Below, piece after piece: positions 31,027-38,205 of a stretch of DNA of 47,356 nt (positions are counted from its first letter, which is position 1; each line of letters opens with the position of its first letter). The notes below the pieces were generated by a model, which saw nothing but the letters and a program-made list of their open reading frames with translations, searched no databases and was not told the origin of the DNA. The stretch is from IMG/VR virus record IMGVR_UViG_3300013767_000078, positions 1 through 47,356 of that record. The stretch is one strand, 5' to 3'. The position numbers and the translations under genes were made by a program. The DNA comes from a virus. Taxonomy: Duplodnaviria; Caudoviricetes.

Positions 31027-32132
31027 CGGCCGGCCTCCAGGATCGAGCCAGCCGCGACTGGGCCGGCGCTGTTGCGAAATGCGCGGTTATGCTCGTCCCA
31101 CCACGGGCCATCACCCGCAGCGCGAAGCACGCGCAGCTTGAAATCGGGACACGTCTCGTGCTCGCCCTGCTCGAGGCCGAGCGTGCGGCCCTGAGCGACG
31201 ATGCCGGGCCAGCTGGTGTGCCACGGGCCGGCGACCGCAGTGGTCGAGCTGGTGCCGGCGCGGCTGGTGCGCTGAGCGATCGCCTCGGGCAGCAGCGAGT
31301 TCAGCAGGCCGATGTTCAGCGGCTGCGTCGAGTTCTCGCGCTTGCGGCGCAGCAACCCGACCTGAATCGCCGTGCGCAGGTCGATCGGCGTCGCGCCGAG
31401 CGCTGGCCAGCTGCGCACTCGCTCGTCGTCGGTGGCGAAGCCGATGCCGCTGGCGCGAAGGATCTCGACGAAAGCGGCGGCGGCGCTCTGCGTGTCGTCG
31501 CCTACTGCCTGTGCTGTGCCGCCGCCGCTTGCTTTTAGGTTTACTTCTCCCTCTCCCTCTCCCTTGGATGAGGTTTCCCCGGGGACAGTCGGGGGGACAC
31601 CTCCTGCTTGTCCCGAGGGACGCTTACCGCTTGTCCCTGGGGACACTTTCTGTTTGTCCCTCGGGACAGGATCGCGATATTCGGGGGACAAGAACTCTTC
31701 GAACGAGGGAAATTCGATCTGGATCTCGTGCCGCTGGTTGTGCTTCTTGATGCGCGCGCACTCGGTTTTGTAGCGCTGCTCGTGCTTCGCTGACCATGCG
31801 TTGCGCGCTTTCTCAGCGACGACCGGGTGATACAGGCGACCATCGGTGCACTTCATCCAACCGCGCAGCGCGCCATCGCGGACCTTGCGCCACTCGGTGA
31901 CGACGCGGCCGTAGCCGGCGAGCTGCGAGAGCACACGATCGTCGTCAGGAAGCGACGCCGCGGGCACCTGGTGCCATGCGGCGCACCAGAGCAGCACTGC
32001 AGCGCGGAACTCGTCAGCTGACGCCAGCGCAGCAATGTCGCTGTCGCGAAGGCGCACGACGTCAAGCGGCATGAATGCGAAGTCGCGCACGTCGCAGTCG
32101 GCGGCGGTGAGAGGATTCGGGAGGTCGTTCAC
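31023..32132 (-). CDS. Replication initiation protein (DUF1376/YdaU-like N-domain)
   Basis: F.FMPLDV.RL.DS, W..AWHQVPA.SLPDDD..L..LA, DGRLYHPV; position after cro/cII. Confidence 0.75.
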   Translation of the reverse strand: MNDLPNPLTAADCDVRDFAFMPLDVVRLRDSDIAALASADEFRAAVLLWCAAWHQVPAASLPDDDRVLSQLAGYGRVVTEWRKVRDGALRGWMKCTDGRLYHPVVAEKARNAWSAKHEQRYKTECARIKKHNQRHEIQIEFPSFEEFLSPEYRDPVPRDKQKVSPGTSGKRPSGQAGGVPPTVPGETSSKGEGEGEVNLKASGGGTAQAVGDDTQSAAAAFVEILRASGIGFATDDERVRSWPALGATPIDLRTAIQVGLLRRKRENSTQPLNIGLLNSLLPEAIAQRTSRAGTSSTTAVAGPWHTSWPGIVAQGRTLGLEQGEHETCPDFKLRVLRAAGDGPWWDEHNRAFRNSAGPVAAGSILEAGR

Positions 32133-32347
32133 GGCTGTTGCTCCTCACCATCGGTCCCAAATTGGGCCGCTTTGGGCCGCTTCTCGAACTCGATGACGAG
32201 CGGGTGCATGGCGCCGTACGCGCCGCGTAGCACCTGAATTCCCAGGAAATCGGTAACGGGGATGCCCTCCGCCGCCGCACGCATTGCCAGATCAGCTGCT
32301 TCGACCACTGGCAGCAGGACCGCCTGCTCTACGCGGCGACCTGTCAT
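32129..32347 (-). CDS. Hypothetical protein
   Basis: 72 aa, coupled by 4-bp overlaps on both sides. Confidence 0.55.
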   Translation of the reverse strand: MTGRRVEQAVLLPVVEAADLAMRAAAEGIPVTDFLGIQVLRGAYGAMHPLVIEFEKRPKAAQFGTDGEEQQP

Positions 32348-32568
32348 GCATTCACCTGTGGGCCAGTCTGTCCCACATCGGCACTGACGCCCGCGAGCTG
32401 GACGGGCAAAGTACCCACAACGCCGAACAGCGCCACCTCTGCGATGCGGTTGAGCGCGGCGGAGTCGGAATCGATGCCGTGCAGCTGCTTGTAGAACTGA
32501 AGCGCGTCGTACACGCGATCACGCAGCCGCGTTTTTACTTCGTTTCGAAATTCGGCGCGTCTTGACAT
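32344..32568 (-). CDS. Small DNA-binding protein in the cII position (RHH-like)
   Basis: 74 aa, VKTRL...VY..L; first gene after cro on the same strand. Confidence 0.5.
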   Translation of the reverse strand: MSRRAEFRNEVKTRLRDRVYDALQFYKQLHGIDSDSAALNRIAEVALFGVVGTLPVQLAGVSADVGQTGPQVNA

Positions 32569-32664
32569 GACGATAGCCCCGATTTTTATTGAAAAAGATG
32601 CGAACCACCGCTATGCGAGAATTGAAGCCTCTGACCTCTTCAACAACCACAACACGGGGTTCGC

Positions 32665-33123
32665 ATGACCGTCTTCGACCAGGCCGTGGCGATCGCAACC
32701 GCTGTCGCTACCGCTGCCACTGCCGTGATCATGTTTTTTCAGTACCGCCAGACCGCGCTGAACGCCGCCCCCTACTTCCGGGCCATCGCCGATCCGCATC
32801 CGTCCGGCGACTATCTCGTACGGCTTCTCGTTACGCCGGGCGACAGCAAGCTATGCATCACCTCGATCCGAAGCCGATCCGAACTGCGGAGCGCCGATCG
32901 AACGGTCAACGCATCCGGTCGCGTCGACATGCAGCCGTCGTCTCAACCGCCTTCGCACTCGCTGTCGATGCGCGAGGTGATCGAGCCGGCTCGCATTTCA
33001 TCCTCAGACACTCTGCTCTGGCTCTTCGCCTCGACGACTAACGACTGCATTTCGTTGAACATTCGAACCAATCGACTACTGGTGCGATACAGCATCCAGG
33101 CCGAAATCAGGACGCAAAGCTGA
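32665..33123 (+). CDS. Antisense accessory membrane-anchored protein
   Basis: 152 aa, N-terminal hydrophobic helix AVAIATAVATAATAVIMFF; opposite strand between cro and the cII-like gene. Confidence 0.6.
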   Translation: MTVFDQAVAIATAVATAATAVIMFFQYRQTALNAAPYFRAIADPHPSGDYLVRLLVTPGDSKLCITSIRSRSELRSADRTVNASGRVDMQPSSQPPSHSLSMREVIEPARISSSDTLLWLFASTTNDCISLNIRTNRLLVRYSIQAEIRTQS

Positions 33124-33151
33124 CCGAAGGCGAGGCAGGCGGATTGGAAAG

Positions 33152-33352
33152 TCACTTCGCCCCCTTCGGCTTACCGCATCGCTCGGCATGAAGCTCCATG
33201 ACCCGGCTCGCGATTCCATAGGACACACGTGCACCCCGCGCACCTCTTAGGAGCGCGGAAATCAAGGACTGCGAGCACGGAACCAGGCCGGCCAGCTGAG
33301 ATTGAGTGAGTCCCGAACCCAAGAGGTCGGCGACGGCTTTTTGAATGTCCAT
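33152..33352 (-). CDS. cro: Cro-like HTH regulator
   Basis: 66 aa, GLTQSQLAGLVPCSQSLIS HTH; divergent from the repressor. Confidence 0.8.
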   Translation of the reverse strand: MDIQKAVADLLGSGLTQSQLAGLVPCSQSLISALLRGARGARVSYGIASRVMELHAERCGKPKGAK

Positions 33353-33357
33353 GCCCC

Positions 33358-33422
33358 AGTATCACATTTGTGTTTTAGACGGTCAACACAAATCGAATGG
33401 GGCGTTCTATTACGATTGTGAT
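33358..33422. promoter_or_regulatory. Right operator region: three 14-bp operators, PR and PRM
   Basis: Sites at 33361, 33385 and 33409 (24-bp spacing): ATCACATTTGTGTT, AACACAAATCGAAT, ATTACGATTGTGAT; minus-strand TTGACC-17-GATACT; plus-strand -10 TACGAT at 33411. Confidence 0.75.
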
Positions 33423-33803
33423 ATGTACACCCTAGCCGACAGACTTAAATGGGCGCGACTTCGCGCCGGCCTATCCCAAGAGCAGCTTGGCGATAAGGCG
33501 GGCGTGTCCCAATCAACAATTGGGAATCTGGAAGCCGGTACGCGCAATAGCGCGAGGCGGCTACCTCAGATCGCCGACATTCTCGGCGTCAGTGCGCTTT
33601 GGCTCGCCGAAGGCGAAGGTAAGCCAACTCCAGATCCCGATACTGAAGCAAGCTACGACTCCACAGTCAGTTCGGCGAGCGGGCCGGCAAAAACTTTGAT
33701 CGACGCCATTCTCAGGGCTGACAAAGCCGGGGAATCTAGCCAGACGTTCGAGCTGATGCTTCGAATGCTTCCTGGATCGGATAAGCTTGGCGCCGGCGAC
33801 TAG
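33423..33803 (+). CDS. cI: CI-like XRE repressor, short (126 aa), without S24 peptidase domain
   Basis: TLADRLKWARLRAGLSQEQLGDKAGVSQSTIGNLEAG...LPQIADILGVSALWLAEG; start reassigned to MYTLAD. Confidence 0.85.
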   Translation: MYTLADRLKWARLRAGLSQEQLGDKAGVSQSTIGNLEAGTRNSARRLPQIADILGVSALWLAEGEGKPTPDPDTEASYDSTVSSASGPAKTLIDAILRADKAGESSQTFELMLRMLPGSDKLGAGD

Positions 33804-34074
33804 CCTCGAACGCCGGCGACACCGTGATCTCCGGCGACAGCGGCTCGAGCGACGAGTCGCGAAATCCATACCGCGATGTGACGACTGGCTCCCGGCCCGA
33901 TAACGTCACACCCAGCACCGCCCCGCCCAAAAGGCAGACAGCCCAGCGGCCGTGATCTTGCCGCCACCTCTCGACGACAACAATCTGATCGATCAAGGCT
34001 GGGTTGGTCGAATGAACCACCCTTGCCAAATCCCCGGGCCTGCATCGCAGGCGCTGCTCAGCTTCTTCTTTCAT
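33736..34074 (-). CDS. LexA-boxed small protein, antirepressor candidate
   Basis: 112 aa from MKEEAEQRLRCRPGDLARVV; GAGG RBS; SOS box ~35 bp upstream; convergent on cI. Confidence 0.55.
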   Translation of the reverse strand: MKEEAEQRLRCRPGDLARVVHSTNPALIDQIVVVERWRQDHGRWAVCLLGGAVLGVTLSGREPVVTSRYGFRDSSLEPLSPEITVSPAFEASRRRQAYPIQEAFEASARTSG

Positions 34075-34106
34075 CGGCCGCCCTCGTCTTCGCCAGCACC
34101 ATAATA

Positions 34107-34122
34107 CTGTATGCATGTACAG
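34107..34122. promoter_or_regulatory. LexA (SOS) box
   Basis: CTGTATGCATGTACAG = CTGT-N8-ACAG, flanked as TACTGT...ACAGTA; abuts a minus-strand TATTAT -10. Confidence 0.85.
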
Positions 34123-34207
34123 TAGTTTAGCCCCAGATTCGGGGAACATTCAACTGGTGTAAACAGTTCGCGCCGAAGGTCAGCGTTTAGCAACAGTTGG
34201 CACCCCA

Positions 34208-34270
34208 ATCACAATTTCTAGATCGAAAATCACATTTGTGTTGACACAACGAAAACACGTATGTGATTAT
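34208..34270 (+). promoter_or_regulatory. Left operator region and PL-like promoter
   Basis: ATCACATTTGTGTT (34229, identical to the 33361 site), AACACGTATGTGAT (34254), partial site at 34208; TTGACA (34241)-18-GATTAT. Confidence 0.75.
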
Positions 34271-34302
34271 CACTCCAACGCAGCACACAACGCGCTGCGC
34301 CA

Positions 34303-34330
34303 CCGCCCCAGGCGGATCGCTCTCTAACAA
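34303..34330 (+). promoter_or_regulatory. nut-like antitermination site (hairpin plus boxA)
   Basis: ccgcc-cca-ggcgg hairpin followed by cGCTCTCTAACAa, one mismatch to boxA GCTCTTTAACA. Confidence 0.55.
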
Positions 34331-34661
34331 TCGAAGGTATGCCGGGACCGCTTCTGCGGAGCAACCGGCCGGCGCGATCAGCGTCGTGAGTCAGGACGGA
34401 CGCAGCGGAAGACCGCTGTGCGCCGAGCGAGCCTGATGCAAGACAGCCAGAGCAACACGTGACCGATGGCTTTGTAATCGGCACACAACCTCGCGCGGCC
34501 CGGAGCCGGCACGGCCGGGAGTAGCCGGGCGCGCGAGTGAAAGCAGTTCTGACCGGTGGCGGTTCTTCTTCGAGGCGCCACCGGTGAGAGCTGCTGCAGC
34601 AAGCACCGTTCACCGTTTCACACCCCAATTTACTTAGTAGTTCTTCCTTTCCGGAGTCTCT

Positions 34662-35042
34662 ATGAACGCGCCCACCCCCACCGCTGTATCCATTCCGCAG
34701 CTCGCCGAGGGCGAGATCTACGTCGGCATCGTCACGAACACCGCCGGCGAACAGCATCACGTCGTGCTCCTGCCGGGCGACAACGACGACGCAACGTGGC
34801 AGGCGCAAATGGAGTGGGCAAAGTCGATCGGCGGCGATCTGCCGACGCGGGTCGAAATGCTCTTCCTTCTGGAAAACCATCGCGACGAGTTCGAGCGCGA
34901 CGCGTATTGGACGTGCCAGCCGGACACCGATCCGGGCTACTCCGGCTGGGCGTGGTGCCAGCACTTCTTCAGTGGCTACCAGAGCAACGGCCCCCAGGAC
35001 GACGAGTTGCGCGCCCGCGCCGTCCGCAGATTGCCCATTTAA
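34662..35042 (+). CDS. DGR target protein 1 (remote), DUF1566/CLec-like, 126 aa
   Basis: W..Q..WA...GGDLPTR.E, YW, GWAW...F..G.Q...ELRARAVRR; its 3' end is VR1. Confidence 0.9.
   Translation: MNAPTPTAVSIPQLAEGEIYVGIVTNTAGEQHHVVLLPGDNDDATWQAQMEWAKSIGGDLPTRVEMLFLLENHRDEFERDAYWTCQPDTDPGYSGWAWCQHFFSGYQSNGPQDDELRARAVRRLPI
34941..35031 (+). repeat. DGR variable repeat VR1
   Basis: 91-bp ungapped match to TR 42073-42163 with 12 mismatches, all at TR adenines. Confidence 0.96.
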
Positions 35043-35075
35043 CCCTTCATCGATTTCAACTGCGTGGAGGGTGCG

Positions 35076-35501
35076 ATGCATCCGAACAATCACCAGGTCG
35101 GAAACGTCCGCACGCTCCCTTCGCGTATGGACGCCCTCGCCGACCACCGACAAGCAGCAGCCGATGACGCGGCTCTGACGCGCGACGAGCGCAACGAAGC
35201 GATCGCCGAGCGCGTGACGTTCGACGTGTTGCCATTCTCGGTCGATCAGATCGCAGTGGTCGACGCGGCGCTGCGCCGCGGCTACATCGAGGACGTCTAC
35301 GAGGTCTGGAACGTGTGTCAGGACGTCATGAAGGCGGAAATCGCGCGCCGCATCGCATGCGCCGACCTCGCCGCAGTCGCGCCGCGCTTCGCGCAGACGA
35401 CCTGCTCGTCGTGCGGTGTCGCGCTCGGCCCGGGCAATGCTGGCGTCAGCCACTGCGCCGACCACGGCGCGCCGGCGCTTCGCCTCCTGCGCGGGATCTG
35501 A
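35076..35501 (+). CDS. Hypothetical protein with C-terminal Zn-ribbon-like motif
   Basis: GGAGG RBS; CSSCG...HC..H. Confidence 0.6.
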   Translation: MHPNNHQVGNVRTLPSRMDALADHRQAAADDAALTRDERNEAIAERVTFDVLPFSVDQIAVVDAALRRGYIEDVYEVWNVCQDVMKAEIARRIACADLAAVAPRFAQTTCSSCGVALGPGNAGVSHCADHGAPALRLLRGI

Positions 35502-35502
35502 C

Positions 35503-35610
35503 ATGGCCCGCTTCGTCATTGGCGTCGGCGCCCTCCTGATCCTGTGGCTTGTCGTCGAACTTGCTCGCGCGATCAAGCGCTGGGGCGACGACGAGCACCA
35601 CCGCGGCTGA
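35503..35610 (+). CDS. Small membrane peptide (35 aa)
   Basis: MARFVIGVGALLILWLVVELARAIKRW single TM helix; tightly packed in the operon. Confidence 0.45.
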   Translation: MARFVIGVGALLILWLVVELARAIKRWGDDEHHRG

Positions 35611-35637
35611 GCCGCGCCAACCACACCGAGAGACCAC

Positions 35638-35967
35638 ATGGGACAGACCAGCCATCCGCAAGGGCCGTGGGAAACGTGCGAGCCCGGCGACTACCTCGAC
35701 TACGACGGCAACTGCATCGTCGTGCTCGGCGAAGACGAGCGCATCTGCATCGTGCTCGGCGCGAGCGACCAGTCTCAGGCGCGTGCGCAGCTGATCGCGG
35801 CATCGCCGGACATTGTCACCGCGCTGCGCCTCGTTGCCTCGAAAACCGTGCTCACGTCTGGGATTCGCGCCGTCGTCGACGCCGCGCTCGGCAAGGCCGG
35901 CTACACGGCACCCGTGCCGGTCACTGATCCTGTGCGCCACGTACGCGTCTGCGGCGAGGGTCTGTAA
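35638..35967 (+). CDS. Hypothetical phage protein
   Basis: H..GPW N-terminus and A.LIAA.PD...AL motif common in phage early genes. Confidence 0.65.
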   Translation: MGQTSHPQGPWETCEPGDYLDYDGNCIVVLGEDERICIVLGASDQSQARAQLIAASPDIVTALRLVASKTVLTSGIRAVVDAALGKAGYTAPVPVTDPVRHVRVCGEGL

Positions 35968-36150
35968 ATGCGCGCGCTCACCGTTCCCCGTGCGCCGACC
36001 GACAACGTGCTGCTGCGCGTGGCCGGGCGCGCACCGCGCATGCGCCGCGCCGTCGAGGCCGGCGTGTGGATGGTCGCTTACGGCGTCGCGATCGCGGGCC
36101 TCTGGTACGGCTCGCTCGTCGCCGGCCCCTACCTGAGGAGCCTCGGATGA
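35968..36150 (+). CDS. Small membrane protein
   Basis: 60 aa with C-terminal TM; abuts the upstream stop. Confidence 0.5.
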   Translation: MRALTVPRAPTDNVLLRVAGRAPRMRRAVEAGVWMVAYGVAIAGLWYGSLVAGPYLRSLG

Positions 36151-36311
36151 CCCCCTTCGATTTTCTCGGCGCGCTGCTCGAACGCATCCACGCTCGCAGC
36201 CCGGTCGTCAGCTACATCGTCGCGAGCTTGATCGCCGCCGCGTGCATGTACGTCGCCGCCGCCCTCAATGCCGACGGCACCAGCGCCGTCGCCAACCTCG
36301 TGAGAACCTGA
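36147..36311 (+). CDS. Small membrane protein
   Basis: 54 aa from MTPFDFL, AGGAG RBS, one TM; overlaps both neighbours. Confidence 0.5.
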   Translation: MTPFDFLGALLERIHARSPVVSYIVASLIAAACMYVAAALNADGTSAVANLVRT

Positions 36312-37120
36312 TGAACCCTTCCATCTACACCGTCCGCGCGTCCAGCTGGGGCGCACTCTTCGACTGCGCATACCGATGGGAGGGCATCCACCTCCTGAAA
36401 ATGCGCAACGTGGTCGGCCTGCGCGCAGCGCTCGGCACCGCGATTCACGCCGGTACGGCCGTGTTCGACCAGGCACGCATCGACGGCTCCGGCCTGACGG
36501 TCGATGACGCGGCGGGCGCGTTCGTCGACAAGCTGCGCGACCCGGAGAACGAGTTCGACCCGGCCCGCGACGACTTGAACATGTCGGATGCCGAGCGCAT
36601 CGGCCTGTCGCTCACGACGAAGTACTGCCTCGACTTCGCGCCGCGCTACAACTTCGTCGCGGTCGAGATGGAAACGAAGCCGCTCGAAATCGACTGCGGT
36701 GGCGGCGTCATCGTGCGCTTGACGGGCACGATGGACCGCGCGCGCGTGCGCCGCTCGGCAGCCGGCGTCGGTATCGCGGACCTGAAGAGCGGATCGTCTG
36801 CAGTCCAGAAAGGTGCGGCCGTCACGAAGGGGCACGGGCCGCAGATCGGCACGTACGAGCTGCTGTACGAGCACACGACTGGCGAGGAAATCGGCGACAC
36901 CGCCGAGATCATCGGCCTGAAGACGAAGGGCACGCCCGAGGTCGCAACCGCGTCTATCGCAAATTCGAAGCGCGTGATGGTCGGCACCGAGGAAACGCCC
37001 GGGCTGATCCAGTTCGCTGCGGACATGTTCCGGTCCGGCCGCTTCTACCCCAACCCGAAATCGCTGCTGTGCGACAAGAAGTACTGCCCGCGCCACGGCA
37101 CCTGCCAGTTCCACGACTAA
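36311..37120 (+). CDS. PD-(D/E)XK exonuclease, RecB/Cas4-like with probable Fe-S cluster
   Basis: RASS....FDC, GTAIH, VE, LTGTMD, IADLKSG, Q...Y, C-terminal C....C.....C. Confidence 0.8.
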   Translation: MNPSIYTVRASSWGALFDCAYRWEGIHLLKMRNVVGLRAALGTAIHAGTAVFDQARIDGSGLTVDDAAGAFVDKLRDPENEFDPARDDLNMSDAERIGLSLTTKYCLDFAPRYNFVAVEMETKPLEIDCGGGVIVRLTGTMDRARVRRSAAGVGIADLKSGSSAVQKGAAVTKGHGPQIGTYELLYEHTTGEEIGDTAEIIGLKTKGTPEVATASIANSKRVMVGTEETPGLIQFAADMFRSGRFYPNPKSLLCDKKYCPRHGTCQFHD

Positions 37121-37134
37121 CTCGCGAGATCTCC

Positions 37135-38193
37135 ATGTCCACGCCTACCACCCTGGAAGCTATCCGCAATCCCGCGCCGCGCGAGGCATCGCTGCCGCCT
37201 GTTCGCGCGGGCTTCTTCGATCTTCAAGGCTTCGAGCTGTTGCAGCGCGTCGCCAAGGCTTTCGCGTCTTCGTCACTTGTCCCCGCTCACTACCAGAACA
37301 ACGTCGCGAACTGCATGATCGCGCTGAATCTCGCGCGCCGCCTCGGCGCCGACGAGCTGATGGTCATGCAGAACCTGTACATCGTCCACGGCAACCCCGG
37401 CTGGTCGAGCAAGTTCCTGATCGCCAGCGTGAACACATGCGGCCGGTTCGAGACGCTGCGCTACGAATGGCGCGGCACCGAAGGCAGTGACGACTTCGGT
37501 TGCCGGGCATGGACGATCGAGAAGTCGACTGGCGAGCGCCTGAACGGCACCTGGATCGACTGGAAGATGGTCAAGGCTGAAGGCTGGAACAAGAAGAACG
37601 GCAGTAAGTGGCTCACGATGCCCGACCAGATGTTCGTGTATCGCTCGGCCGCGTTCTGGCAGCGGGCCTACGCCCCCGAGATCAGCATGGGGCTTTCGTC
37701 ACAGGAAGAGCTGATCGATACCGTCGAAGTTCGAGCCGACGGCTCGGTTGCAGTGACCAGCACGCTCGAAGAGCTGCGCAACGGCCGCGCGCAACCTGCG
37801 GAGGAAGTGCCGCGCGGCGCCGAGCCGGCACAGACCGGTCCCGCGACGGAATCGCGCGCGGCCGACGCGCCGCCGGCAGCTACCCGAGCCGATCGGGTCG
37901 ACGACCAGGACGAGCCTCGCGCCGGCGCCAGTCAGAGCCAAGGCGGTTTCGAGTTCGACGTCGAGGGGCTGGTGCGCGGTATCCGCGAGGACATCGAGTC
38001 CGCTGCGACCGCCGAGGATCTCGACCTCGCACGCAGCGCGATCGCCGGCGTGCCGGACGAGGCCGCGAAGGCGGACCTGAACGCGTCAGCTTCAGCGCGC
38101 ATGCGCGCCATCACCGCAGCGGCCGAACAGGCACAGCAACAGCCGCGCGCCGGCACCGCGCGCCGCACGCGCACGCCGATCAGCGCCGACTAA
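37135..38193 (+). CDS. RecT/Red-beta-like single-strand annealing protein
   Basis: LVP..YQ..ANC.IA, VMQNLY.V.G.P.WS, KW.TMP.QM..YRSA.FW.R.YAPE..MGL...EE; follows the exonuclease. Confidence 0.75.
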   Translation: MSTPTTLEAIRNPAPREASLPPVRAGFFDLQGFELLQRVAKAFASSSLVPAHYQNNVANCMIALNLARRLGADELMVMQNLYIVHGNPGWSSKFLIASVNTCGRFETLRYEWRGTEGSDDFGCRAWTIEKSTGERLNGTWIDWKMVKAEGWNKKNGSKWLTMPDQMFVYRSAAFWQRAYAPEISMGLSSQEELIDTVEVRADGSVAVTSTLEELRNGRAQPAEEVPRGAEPAQTGPATESRAADAPPAATRADRVDDQDEPRAGASQSQGGFEFDVEGLVRGIREDIESAATAEDLDLARSAIAGVPDEAAKADLNASASARMRAITAAAEQAQQQPRAGTARRTRTPISAD

Positions 38194-38205
38194 CCGGAAC
38201 CTCCC

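Noticed and set aside
35042-35072. acccttca...tggagggt as the DGR hairpin after VR1
   Set aside because: It is imperfect, has a long loop, overlaps the next RBS and has no counterpart after VR2 or VR3.
34230-35639. 469-aa minus-strand ORF and other long antisense ORFs (e.g. 17179-19857, 22595-23995, 43924-45126)
   Set aside because: These are shadow frames of real genes in high-GC DNA: Arg/Ala-rich, no motifs, and fully overlapping better-supported genes.
36311-37120. Cas4-like nuclease as evidence of CRISPR-Cas
   Set aside because: No cas1/cas2 or array is present; it sits beside a RecT-like gene in a phage recombination module.
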